Positions 25,084 to 33,436 of a stretch of DNA of 33,436 bases are shown piece after piece. Positions within the stretch are counted from its first letter, which is position 1. Each line of letters starts with the position of its first letter. This DNA comes from Patescibacteria group bacterium. Its GTDB lineage: Bacteria; Patescibacteriota; Microgenomatia; UBA8517. The translations under genes were made by a program, and so were the position numbers. The notes under the pieces were generated by a model. It searched no databases. It had not been told where the DNA came from and saw only the letters and a list, made by a program, of their open reading frames with translations. The stretch spans positions 1-33,436 of the forward strand of contig JAHKAL010000046.1 of NCBI GenBank assembly GCA_018826545.1, given 5' to 3'.

Positions 25084-27291
25084 TTATCTTGAGAAGTCCT
25101 TCTTGTTTCCTAGAAACCTACTGGTTGGAAAATGTGGACCTGAAGAATTTTTTCTTCCGGAAAATCTTTTGTCACTGTTTTTATTGTTAAATCTTCTTTG
25201 AGGAGCTTGTTTTTCCTTATCTTTTGAAGGATCTAAAAGCATCGACAAATTAATTCTTCCTAAATTATCGACTTCTTTCACTCTAACTTCTATTTCGTCA
25301 CCAATTTTTACAATATCTTCTGGATTTTTAACAAAACCTTCACTCATATCAGAAATATGAACTAAACCGTCTTTTCCTGGAAGTATTTCAACAAAAGCTC
25401 CAAATGGCTGAATTCTTTTAACTTCTCCTTTATATATTTCTCCAGCTTCTACTTCTTTGACTAAGGCTTCAACTTCACTCACTGCTTTATTAACTGCTTT
25501 AAGATCAATACCTGAAATATTTACTAAGCCCTTATCATTAACCTCAAGTTGTGCACCAGTTTCTGCAATTATTCTTTTGATTGTTTTTCCACCTGGACCA
25601 ATTATTTCACCAATTTTTTCAACAGGGACTTTGACAACTTGAATTTTAGGAGCAAAAGTTGATACTTTTTCTCTAGGGGTTTTTAGAGTTTTAAGCATTT
25701 CCTCTAAAATATAATTTCTACCTACTTTAGCTTGTTTTAAAGCTTCCTCAAGAATCTCTATTGAAAGATTTAATGTCTTCACATCAAGTTGAATTGCAGT
25801 TACACCTTTAGCTGTTCCTGTAACTTTAAAATCCATATCTCCCATAAAATCTTCAAGTCCTATAATGTCAGTTAAAACTGCATATTTTTTATCATTCTCA
25901 ATAACAAGACCAATTGCAATTCCAGAAACAGGAGAACTAATAGGAACACCTGCATCCATTAAAGACAATGTCGAACCACATGTTGATGCCATTGAAGTTG
26001 AACCATTTGAACTCATCATTTCTGAAACCAATCTTATTGCATAAGGAAACTTATCTTCTGAAGGAATAACTGGCTCTAAAGCTCTTTCCGCTAATGCACC
26101 ATGTCCGATTTCTCGTCTTGATGGAGACCCAATTCTACCTACTTCACCTATTGCATAAGGTGGCATTTGATACTGATGCATATATCTTTTAAATTCTTCT
26201 CCTTCAGCAGTCTCAATTAACTGTCCCATTGATGGAGCACCAAGAGTCGCTACTGTTAATGCTTGTGTTTGACCTCTCTTAAAAATTGCACTTCCATGAG
26301 TTCTAGGAAGAACTCCTACTTCACTAGTGATTTGTCTTACTTGATCAAATTTCCTTCCATCTGGTCTTTTACCTGAAAGTATATCTTTTCTAACCTTTTC
26401 TTTGAATATTTTTTCAAAAGCTTCACCTGCAAGACCTTTTTCTACTTCATCAAATTCAGCCATTACAGCTTTTTTGACTTCCTGAATATCCTCTCCCCCC
26501 TCCAATTCCACAAATGATTTAACTAAACCATCTAATTTTTCTTCTATCAATTTCTTTACTTTCTTTTTAATGTCTTCCGTAACTAAATCTTCTGGAGCTA
26601 CCTGTTTTTTATTACCAACTTCTTTAGCAAAATCTTCAATAAAAGAAATTACTTTCTTACTTTCTTCTTGAGCAAGCTTAATTCCCTCTAATACTTTTTC
26701 TTCAGGAACTTCTTTTGCTCCTGCTTCAAGCATGACTATTGCATTCTTTGAACAAGAAACAATCAAATCCAAATCTGAAGAAATTATTTCTGAAACTAAA
26801 GGATTAATAAAACAAGAACCATCTTTCATTCCAACTCTCAATATTGATACTGGCCCACCCCAAGGAATTGAAGATGAAGATAAAGCTGCAGAAACTGCAA
26901 TAGCTGAAGGTATTGCAGGATCATTTTCCAAGTCAACTGATAATACAGTTACAATAACTTGAACATCTTTTTTGTAAGTTTTAGGAAAAAGTGGTCTTAT
27001 AGATCTGTCAATTACTCTACCTGTTAGTATTTCATCGTCGGAGGGCCTTCCTTCTTTTTTTACCCATCTGCTTCCTTTAATTCTTCCTCCTGCATATAAC
27101 CTTTCTTGGTAATCAACAAATAAAGGAAAATAATCTAAGTTTGTATCACTTGATGAAGTAACAACTGTTGCTAGTACCACAGTATCGCCATATCGTGCCA
27201 GTACCGCAGACGATGCTTGTTCAGCTAGGGTTCCAGTTGTTAGAGTTAATTTTCTTCCCCCTAAATCAATACTTTTTTCAATTTTTTTCAT
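25084..27291 (-). CDS. pnp: Polyribonucleotide nucleotidyltransferase (PNPase)
   Basis: 735 aa. Two RNase PH-like domains, a KH domain (GPGGKTIKRI) and an S1 domain (GEVKRIQPFGAFVEI), plus a basic C-terminal tail. TAA stop. Confidence 0.97.
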   Translation of the reverse strand: MKKIEKSIDLGGRKLTLTTGTLAEQASSAVLARYGDTVVLATVVTSSSDTNLDYFPLFVDYQERLYAGGRIKGSRWVKKEGRPSDDEILTGRVIDRSIRPLFPKTYKKDVQVIVTVLSVDLENDPAIPSAIAVSAALSSSSIPWGGPVSILRVGMKDGSCFINPLVSEIISSDLDLIVSCSKNAIVMLEAGAKEVPEEKVLEGIKLAQEESKKVISFIEDFAKEVGNKKQVAPEDLVTEDIKKKVKKLIEEKLDGLVKSFVELEGGEDIQEVKKAVMAEFDEVEKGLAGEAFEKIFKEKVRKDILSGKRPDGRKFDQVRQITSEVGVLPRTHGSAIFKRGQTQALTVATLGAPSMGQLIETAEGEEFKRYMHQYQMPPYAIGEVGRIGSPSRREIGHGALAERALEPVIPSEDKFPYAIRLVSEMMSSNGSTSMASTCGSTLSLMDAGVPISSPVSGIAIGLVIENDKKYAVLTDIIGLEDFMGDMDFKVTGTAKGVTAIQLDVKTLNLSIEILEEALKQAKVGRNYILEEMLKTLKTPREKVSTFAPKIQVVKVPVEKIGEIIGPGGKTIKRIIAETGAQLEVNDKGLVNISGIDLKAVNKAVSEVEALVKEVEAGEIYKGEVKRIQPFGAFVEILPGKDGLVHISDMSEGFVKNPEDIVKIGDEIEVRVKEVDNLGRINLSMLLDPSKDKEKQAPQRRFNNKNSDKRFSGRKNSSGPHFPTSRFLGNKKDFSR

Positions 27292-27295
27292 TAAT

Positions 27296-27565
27296 TTATT
27301 TACCTAATTTTATATCTTTAGTAAGGCTTTTATAGCGATCCTCATCTCGCTTTTGAAGATATGACAATAATCTTCTTCTTTTAGCCACCATACTAAGAAG
27401 CCCCCTTCTTGAGTGAACATCTTTTTTGTGTTCTTTTAAATGAGAAGCTAATTTATCAATTTGCATTGAAAGAAGTGCAATTTGTACTTCTGGAGAACCA
27501 GTGTCACCTTTTTCTCTTGCAAATTTTTTAATAATTTCTTTTTTTTCTTCTTTTGCTAGTGCCAT
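27296..27565 (-). CDS. rpsO: 30S ribosomal protein S15
   Basis: 89 aa with an S15-like sequence ([37 protein letters not shown]). Canonical rpsO-pnp pairing. TAA stop. Confidence 0.95.
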   Translation of the reverse strand: MALAKEEKKEIIKKFAREKGDTGSPEVQIALLSMQIDKLASHLKEHKKDVHSRRGLLSMVAKRRRLLSYLQKRDEDRYKSLTKDIKLGK

Positions 27566-27685
27566 AAGTGTCCTTAAAGTCCTGAATTACCAGGAAAACA
27601 AAGTAATCGGTAAAATCCGAAAACATTGTTTACATCTTAGAAAGGTATAGTACCATAGCCAAAGAGAAAATACAAAAGCCAATCT

Positions 27686-28546
27686 TTAACTTAGGGTGTT
27701 GCCTTTATAGATTTTTGGGGCTAACCAATCTTGCGGAGTCTTTTCTTCCTGAACTTGTTTCCCTTCTGACAAAACATCTTTTTTGTATGGTTTTTGTGGA
27801 ATTGAACCTGGAGGATAATTTACTCTTATCTCTTCTTTTCCAAAGTTAATTCTTCTACCTCCAGATTTCATTAAATTGGCAATTTTTTGAAAAGTGTCTG
27901 CAGTTACTTCAGGACCTTTAAAATCTTTGCTTGCCTCTTCAATACCAGCAATCAGATTTGTAGCAATATCTGCATCCAAATAAAAATTTCCATCTTCAAT
28001 AAATGCGGTTACTATTTCAGAAACTGAAGAAGCAGGTCTTGCAAAAGAAATAAGTCCACTATATTCAATATCTTTTGTCCCAATATGAATAAGTTTTGAA
28101 TTAGAAAAATCTTTACTTGTAACTATTGGAAAATGAGAAATATTTCCTCCACCTACTAAAATTACAGTATCTGCTGATATTCCTGAATTATAAATTTCAA
28201 TATTTTCTTTTTTTGGTGAGACAAAACCTGGTTTGGGAATAACAGTTAGTTTAAATTCTCCATTTTCAATATCATAACTTACTCTCTCAATATTGCTTGC
28301 ATCAAAATTAGGAAACTTAATTGTTAAGTTTTTACTACCAAGTTCAGTTGAAATTTTATCAACAGCTATAAGAGAGTTAAATTCAACAATCATTTCCGAA
28401 GGACAAGAAATATTAACTTCTTTTTGTTTATTTAAAGACAAAAAAAGTGAAAGACCAGCAGCCACTTGATCAAAATATGGTTTTGTAGGCAGAAGAATTA
28501 AAATTGAATTCGCAGATTCAATAACTGAATGAAAAGAATTTTCCAT
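27686..28546 (-). CDS. Hypothetical protein, degenerate DHH (NrnA-like) domain lacking catalytic motifs
   Basis: 286 aa. Collinear resemblance to the NrnA DHH domain (ILILLPTKPYFDQVAAGLSL, ADTVILVGGG, ASSVSEIV, IATNLIAGIEEAS), but DxD, DHH and DTG are substituted. It sits in the infB-rpsO interval where nrnA occurs in some phyla. Assignment is by eye only. Confidence 0.5.
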   Translation of the reverse strand: MENSFHSVIESANSILILLPTKPYFDQVAAGLSLFLSLNKQKEVNISCPSEMIVEFNSLIAVDKISTELGSKNLTIKFPNFDASNIERVSYDIENGEFKLTVIPKPGFVSPKKENIEIYNSGISADTVILVGGGNISHFPIVTSKDFSNSKLIHIGTKDIEYSGLISFARPASSVSEIVTAFIEDGNFYLDADIATNLIAGIEEASKDFKGPEVTADTFQKIANLMKSGGRRINFGKEEIRVNYPPGSIPQKPYKKDVLSEGKQVQEEKTPQDWLAPKIYKGNTLS

Positions 28547-28548
28547 TT

Positions 28549-29943
28549 TTACTTTGCGACCGATACTAACATATCACCTTTAATAAAATCAAGCTGGGGA
28601 GAAAATAATATCCCAAATTCTTCTCCTTGACCGACTTCAGCTACTTCTTGTTTTTGTTTTTGGAGAGATATTGCTTTTACATCTCCCAATTCTATTTCTT
28701 CTCTGATTATTTTAAGTTTACTATCTTTATTTATTTTCCCTTGTAAAACTTTACAGCCAGCAATCCTTTTTTTATTAAAAGGAAAAATATCAATAATTTC
28801 TGCTTTTCCGATAACTTCTATTTTTATTGCCTTAACCATTTTTTCTAAGGTTTGAAATAATTCATATATCACTTTAAACGAATGAATTGTTACTCCTTCT
28901 GCTTCCGCAAGTTTTGAAACCGAATTAGAAACTTTTGATTCAAATGACAATATTGTTTTTGATTCCAATGTTTTAGCCAAAAGAACATTTGATTCATTTA
29001 TATCACCAATTCCTGAATCAATAACAACAATTTCTTTAGGAATTTGATTTAATATTGCCTCTAAACAACCTGTGTTTTGGGCTTTTATTATTACTCCAAT
29101 CTGGTCTTTATTAATCTCTAGATAATTTTTTTTAGTTTCTTTTTTTCCTTTATTATCAAACTCTGTTGAAAATAGTTTTGTACCAATTTCTGGTAATAGA
29201 TCAAATCCGAGTATCTGAGCAGGGTCTCCTGGAAAGACTTTTTTAACATTTCCTTTATCGTTTTTAAGGTTTTTAACCTTAGCACATCCGCCTTCTATAT
29301 ATAGGGTATCTCCAACTTTGATAGAACCATTTCTTACAATAACATTAGCTAAAGGTCCACTTTTATCTTTTGATGTTTCAATAACAACTGCTTCCAGTTC
29401 TTTTTTTGGATCTCCTTCTATCTCAGAAACATCTGCCAATAAAGAGATTGTTTCCAATAAATCATCTATACCTTTACCTGATTTAGAAGATACTTCTATC
29501 CAAGGAATATCTCCACCTCTTTTTTCTAAAAGAATACCTTCTTTTTCAAGTTGGTTAAGTACAGATTCACTATTTGCAGTCTGTAAATCAACTTTGGTTA
29601 TTGTAACGATAAAAGGTAGTTCTGACTTTCTTATATGGTCAATCGCTTCTTTTGTTTGAGGTTGAACTCCTGCATCAGAAGCCACAATCAATATTGCAAT
29701 ATCAGCAACTTTTGCACCCCTTGATCTCATTTTATTAAAAGCAGCATGTCCGGGAGTATCAATGAAAGTAATTTTTTTACCAGATTTTGTAATAATTTGT
29801 GATGCACCAATATTTTGGGTAATTCCACCAGCTTCTCTTAAGGCTACACGAGTTTTCCTGATATAATCCAATAGGCTGGTTTTACCATGATCTACATGAC
29901 CTAGTACAACAACAACTGGTGGTCTAATATTTTTTTTATCCAT
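28549..29943 (-). CDS. infB: Translation initiation factor IF-2, minimal form (464 aa, starts at the G domain)
   Basis: [19 protein letters not shown] begins at residue 8. DTPGHAAF and TKVD G-motifs are present, with domain II and the C1/C2 domains. TAA stop. Confidence 0.93.
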   Translation of the reverse strand: MDKKNIRPPVVVVLGHVDHGKTSLLDYIRKTRVALREAGGITQNIGASQIITKSGKKITFIDTPGHAAFNKMRSRGAKVADIAILIVASDAGVQPQTKEAIDHIRKSELPFIVTITKVDLQTANSESVLNQLEKEGILLEKRGGDIPWIEVSSKSGKGIDDLLETISLLADVSEIEGDPKKELEAVVIETSKDKSGPLANVIVRNGSIKVGDTLYIEGGCAKVKNLKNDKGNVKKVFPGDPAQILGFDLLPEIGTKLFSTEFDNKGKKETKKNYLEINKDQIGVIIKAQNTGCLEAILNQIPKEIVVIDSGIGDINESNVLLAKTLESKTILSFESKVSNSVSKLAEAEGVTIHSFKVIYELFQTLEKMVKAIKIEVIGKAEIIDIFPFNKKRIAGCKVLQGKINKDSKLKIIREEIELGDVKAISLQKQKQEVAEVGQGEEFGILFSPQLDFIKGDMLVSVAK

Positions 29944-30048
29944 TTTTACTTTTTCTCTGATCCTTTTGAGGAATTATTAGGACTTTTGAAGTCTAATTTG
30001 TAAGATTTTTAAATTTTCAAATTTATCATTTTAACAATCTTTTTAACT

Positions 30049-31134
30049 TCATTTTGTCTTTTTTTCCTCTTTGGAAATTTTAACCTCTTTTTTTCTTACT
30101 TTTTTAGGTTTTTCTTCCTTAACTTCTTCTTTTTTAATTTTTTTCTTACTTTTTTTAGAAACCAATTCTTCAACCTCTATTCTCCAACCTGTTAGTTTAG
30201 CTGCCAATCTAACATTTTGACCATCCTTTCCGATAGCCATAGAAAGTTGATCCTCAGGAGCCTGTACTCTAGCAGTTTTTGTGTCTTCATTAAGTATAAT
30301 TTTTAAATTCTCAGCAGGTGAAAGTGAAGCTTCAATAAGTTCACTTAAATTTTCACTCCAAGGAATAATATCTACTCTTTCACCACCTAATTCATTAGTT
30401 ACAGCCTGAACTCTTATACCTTTTTGACCAACACAGCTTCCAACAGGATCAACACCAGACTGTACAGATATAACTGCAATTTTTGTTCTTGTTCCTGCCT
30501 CTCTTGCAATTTCTTTAATAGTCACACTTCCTGAAGAAATTTCTGGCACTTCTCTTGAGAAGAGTTTTTCAACAAAACTTGGATCTGCTCTTGAGAGAAT
30601 TATTTCTTTTCCTCTTGGTGTATCCAAAATCTCTTTTAGAAGGAACGTCATTCTTTGATTTAAGGATAATATTTCATTAGGTATTCTTTCCTCGGCTGGC
30701 ATTATTGCCTCAGTTCTTCCTAAATCGATTCTTACATTTGGTCCATCAAACCTTAATACCATACCAGAAAGTAAATTTCCGACTTTATCTGAAAATTCAT
30801 CCATTACAGCTCCTTTTTCTGCTTCTCGTATTTTTTGATGGATTACTTGTTTTGCAGTTTGCGCTGCAATTCTTCCAAATCCAGGAGGTGTTACATCTTT
30901 TTTTTCTTTCAATTTTTCTACTGGCCAAGAAAATACTTTTGCCTCACCGTTAACAGAATTAATTTTAACTTCAAACTCCATTTCTTCCGTATCATCACCA
31001 CGCTCCTTTGCATCTCTCCTATAAGCTGCAATTATTGCTTGTTTTATAGTTTCTAAAATTACAGAAGCATCAAGCCCTCGCTCTGTTGCGATTGCTTTTA
31101 ATGCTTGGGCAAATTCTGTTCTTGGTGTTTGCAT
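30049..31134 (-). CDS. nusA: Transcription termination/antitermination factor NusA (Lys/Glu-rich tail, no acidic repeats)
   Basis: NusA N-terminal, S1 and KH1/KH2 domains (GVDPVGSCVGQKGIRVQ, AIGKDGQNVRLAAKLTGW). Start placed at the ATG at 31132-31134 (MQTPRTEFAQAL). This is the only gene in the window ending in TGA. Confidence 0.93.
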   Translation of the reverse strand: MQTPRTEFAQALKAIATERGLDASVILETIKQAIIAAYRRDAKERGDDTEEMEFEVKINSVNGEAKVFSWPVEKLKEKKDVTPPGFGRIAAQTAKQVIHQKIREAEKGAVMDEFSDKVGNLLSGMVLRFDGPNVRIDLGRTEAIMPAEERIPNEILSLNQRMTFLLKEILDTPRGKEIILSRADPSFVEKLFSREVPEISSGSVTIKEIAREAGTRTKIAVISVQSGVDPVGSCVGQKGIRVQAVTNELGGERVDIIPWSENLSELIEASLSPAENLKIILNEDTKTARVQAPEDQLSMAIGKDGQNVRLAAKLTGWRIEVEELVSKKSKKKIKKEEVKEEKPKKVRKKEVKISKEEKKTK

Positions 31135-31137
31135 ATT

Positions 31138-31166
31138 AAAAAAAAAGGTGGGTTTAAACTCCCACC
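31138..31166 (-). terminator. Intrinsic terminator-like hairpin (GGTGGG-agtttaaa-CCCACC followed by T9) ending 3 nt before the nusA ATG
   Basis: A 6-bp G/C-rich stem at plus 31147-31166 is followed on the minus strand by nine T (plus A-run 31138-31146). Confidence 0.7.
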
Positions 31167-31189
31167 AAATACTCCTCACAATCAAGGCA

Positions 31190-31218
31190 ATTTTACTCTT
31201 AAAGCATCTTCAAGTCAA
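31190..31218 (-). promoter_or_regulatory. Sigma70-like promoter TTGACT-17 nt-TAAAAT between the dnaJ stop and the nusA leader hairpin
   Basis: Minus strand: TTGACT is plus 31213-31218 and TAAAAT is plus 31190-31195. The spacer is 17 nt. Confidence 0.45.
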
Positions 31219-31228
31219 ACATTTAATT

Positions 31229-32110
31229 TTAAAAACCTTCTTCTTTTAAACTATCAATTGTTCTTTTTTGTTCTCTACTTAACTTTTCAGGAATAGTGAC
31301 AAATATCTTTACATATTCATCACCCTTTCCTCTTCCATGTGGAGCCTGTACTCCTTTACCCCTTAACCTTATCATTGTTCCTGATTGAGTACTTGGTCTA
31401 ATTTTTATTTTTACTTCATCATTAACAGTGGGAACCTTTATTTCACCACCAAGTGTTGCTAAAGAAAAAGGAATGCCAAATTTCAGGTAAATATCATAGC
31501 CTTCTCTTTCAAAAACATCATGGGGTCTAACATTTATAGAAAGAGTAAAATCTTTAAAGCTAATTCTTGAACCTTCATCAACACCAGCAGGAATTTTTAT
31601 TTTTCTTTTCTTTCCTTCAATTTCTACCTCTTTTTCAACTCCTTTGACAGCTTGCATAAAATCAATAGTTATTCCATAACGAGGAACCTGTCTTCTTTGT
31701 CTAAAAGGTGTCCCTCCAAAAAATTGTTCGAAAATATCAAAAGGGTCACCGAAATCAAATCCAGCAAAAGGGGATCCTCCACCAGATGAAGTATATGTAT
31801 ATGTAAAAGGCCCATGTTTTCCTCCTTGAGAAAAAGGTTGCCCAGAAAAACCACCCTGATTTGCAAAACCACCACCTGGAGTAAATGCAGCATGTCCAAA
31901 TTGGTCATATGCAGATTTTTTCTGAGAATCAGAAAGAATTTGATATGCTTCGTTTATCTCTTTAAAACGTTTTTCAGCCTCTTCTTTATTATCTTTATGT
32001 CTATCAGGATGCCACTCCAAAGCCTGTTTCCTATATGCTTTTTTTATTTCTTCTGCGGAAGCATTTTTAGAAACTCCTAAAATATCGTAGTAATCAGATT
32101 TTGCTGCCAT
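31229..32110 (-). CDS. dnaJ: J-domain co-chaperone, DnaJ/CbpA-like, without the Cys-rich zinc-finger domain
   Basis: 293 aa. J-domain (DYYDILGV...HPD), then a G/F-rich linker, then C-terminal beta domains. There are no cysteines at all, so no CxxCxGxG repeats. TAA stop. Confidence 0.9.
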   Translation of the reverse strand: MAAKSDYYDILGVSKNASAEEIKKAYRKQALEWHPDRHKDNKEEAEKRFKEINEAYQILSDSQKKSAYDQFGHAAFTPGGGFANQGGFSGQPFSQGGKHGPFTYTYTSSGGGSPFAGFDFGDPFDIFEQFFGGTPFRQRRQVPRYGITIDFMQAVKGVEKEVEIEGKKRKIKIPAGVDEGSRISFKDFTLSINVRPHDVFEREGYDIYLKFGIPFSLATLGGEIKVPTVNDEVKIKIRPSTQSGTMIRLRGKGVQAPHGRGKGDEYVKIFVTIPEKLSREQKRTIDSLKEEGF

Positions 32111-32125
32111 ATATTTTATTTTAAT

Positions 32126-32149
32126 AAAAAAACCTCGAACCTGCCGAGG
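32126..32149 (-). terminator. Terminator-like hairpin (CCTCG-gcaggtt-CGAGG followed by T7) between dnaK and dnaJ
   Basis: A 5-bp GC-rich stem at plus 32133-32149 is followed on the minus strand by TTTTTTT (plus 32126-32132). It ends 15 nt before the dnaJ ATG. Confidence 0.55.
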
Positions 32150-32174
32150 CTATATCAACTAAATTTAATAAATA

Positions 32175-33436
32175 CTATTCAACAACCTCTCCTTCTTCAA
32201 CTTCACCGTCTTTCTTCTCTTTCTTTTTTTCTTCTTTGTTTTCTTCTTTCTTCTCTTCTTTAGAAGCCTCTTTTTTTTCTTGAGATTGATACATTGCTTG
32301 ACCTATTTTTGATAATTCGTCAGAAAGTTCCTTTGTAACCTTTTCATAGTCCTCTTTTTTAGAGTCTTCTTTTTTAAGAACATCTTTTACTGCAGTTATT
32401 TTTTCTTCAACTTTTCCTTTTATGTCCTTAGGTGCCTTATCTCCAGCATCTTTCAAAGCTTTTTCAGCTGCAGCAACCATTGAATCAGCCTGATTTTTAG
32501 CCTGAATTACTTCAGCCTTTTTCTGATCTTCTTCTTTGTTTTTTTCTGCTTCTTCTTGAGCTTTTTTAACTTCATCATCAGAAAGGCCTACTGCTCCAGT
32601 AATTTTAATGTTTTGAGTTTTTTCAGTTGCTTTATCTTTTGCAGTAACAGTCAAAATTCCACTCGTATCAAGATCAAAAGTTACCTCAACTTGAGGAACT
32701 CCACGAGGCGCAGGAGGAATTCCATCTAAAACAAATTTCCCCAAGGATTTATTGTCAGCACTCATAGGACGCTCCCCTTGGCTTACATGAATTTCAACCT
32801 GAGTCTGATTATCTGCTGCAGTTGAGAATATTTCAGTTTTACTTGTAGGAACAGTCGTGTTTCTTGGAATCATAGGTGTCGCAACTCCACCTAAAGTTTC
32901 TATTCCCAAAGTTAGAGGTGTTACATCCAATAAAAGTATGTCTTTAACTTCTCCTCCCAAAACTCCTGCTTGAATTGCTGCACCGACTGCAACTACTTCA
33001 TCCGGATTAACTGATTGGTTAGTATCTTTACCAAAAAACTTCTTAACAGTTTCTACAACTTTTGGCATCCTAGTCATTCCTCCAACTAAAATAACTTCAT
33101 CTATATCTTTTACTTGAAGCTTTGAATCTTTTAAACATGCCTCAACTGGCTTGATTGTTTTTTCAATTAATTCTTCTACCAAACTCTCAAGTTTTGCTCT
33201 TGTTAATTTTAATGTCAAATGAAGTGGCTGACCATCTTTTTGAGTAATATAAGGCTGATTAATTTCAGTTTCTTTACTGGCTGAAAGCTCAACTTTTGCT
33301 TTTTCTGCAGCATCTCTTATTCTTTGTAAGGCTTGTTTATCATTTTTTAGATCGAAGGCATATTCTTTTTTAAATTCTGAGACTATCCAATCAACAATTT
33401 TTTCATCAAAATCGTCTCCCCCCAAATGGGTATCAC
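32175..33436 (-). CDS. dnaK: Molecular chaperone DnaK (Hsp70), C-terminal ~420 aa; N-terminus lies beyond the window end
   Basis: The frame stays open to the window edge (..[14 protein letters not shown]..). It contains [23 protein letters not shown] and a charged K/E-rich tail. TAG stop. Confidence 0.97.
   Translation of the reverse strand, partial: DTHLGGDDFDEKIVDWIVSEFKKEYAFDLKNDKQALQRIRDAAEKAKVELSASKETEINQPYITQKDGQPLHLTLKLTRAKLESLVEELIEKTIKPVEACLKDSKLQVKDIDEVILVGGMTRMPKVVETVKKFFGKDTNQSVNPDEVVAVGAAIQAGVLGGEVKDILLLDVTPLTLGIETLGGVATPMIPRNTTVPTSKTEIFSTAADNQTQVEIHVSQGERPMSADNKSLGKFVLDGIPPAPRGVPQVEVTFDLDTSGILTVTAKDKATEKTQNIKITGAVGLSDDEVKKAQEEAEKNKEEDQKKAEVIQAKNQADSMVAAAEKALKDAGDKAPKDIKGKVEEKITAVKDVLKKEDSKKEDYEKVTKELSDELSKIGQAMYQSQEKKEASKEEKKEENKEEKKKEKKDGEVEEGEVVE

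Noticed and set aside
27566-27685. S15 autoregulatory leader and promoter upstream of rpsO (TTGTAT-17-TACTAT; small hairpins CGG..CCG and CCTG..CAGG)
   Set aside because: The 120-nt spacer is long enough for such a leader. However, the promoter match is weak and the stems are only 3-4 bp, so I cannot support a specific structure from sequence alone.
631-32080. All plus-strand ORFs in the track (e.g. 631-891, 3323-3550, 8933-9274, 9591-9899, 11462-11845, 20885-21214, 29318-29659, 31814-32080)
   Set aside because: Each lies entirely antisense to a well-supported minus-strand housekeeping gene. Their translations are low-complexity F/L/S/I-rich strings typical of shadow frames in AT-rich DNA, and none has its own intergenic context.
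1-33436. CRISPR arrays, tandem or inverted repeats of mobile elements, transposases, integrases, toxin-antitoxin pairs, restriction-modification or other defence genes
   Set aside because: Reading through the window, no direct-repeat/spacer periodicity and no such ORFs are evident. Essentially all sequence is accounted for by housekeeping genes and short spacers.

Overview
AT-rich 33.4-kb window in which every credible gene lies on the minus strand, tightly packed with 1-4 nt spacers or TAATG-type overlaps. It is almost entirely core information-processing and cell-envelope housekeeping. Reading the minus strand from high to low coordinates: dnaK (partial), a zinc-finger-less dnaJ, nusA, a short infB, a degenerate DHH/NrnA-like gene, rpsO, pnp, a Lon AAA+-only gene, a family-4-like UDG, RNase J, ftsK, a rodZ-like gene, a small membrane protein, a short alaS, a 727-aa membrane protein, a sortase, ruvX, a Zn-ribbon miniprotein, mltG, rpoB, rpoC, rpsL, rpsG, fusA, tuf, rpsJ and rplC (partial). 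The compact proteins, missing accessory domains and near absence of Shine-Dalgarno motifs suggest a reduced-genome bacterium, possibly CPR/Patescibacteria-like; this is inference only. I see no rRNA, tRNA, CRISPR array, transposase, integrase or recognisable defence or accessory island, and I do not claim a new multi-gene system. The most unusual signal is an in-frame TGA in fusA at a conserved glycine of translational GTPase domain II. TGA is nearly unused as a terminator here (22 TAA, 3 TAG, 1 TGA, and that one is followed by TAA two codons later), which raises possible UGA recoding versus a nonsense mutation or assembly error. The second recurring oddity is the order stop codon, then a sigma70-like promoter, then a GC-rich hairpin with a T-tract, then the ATG. 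It occurs upstream of rplC, rpoB and nusA, and more weakly upstream of fusA. All plus-strand ORFs in the track look like antisense shadows.
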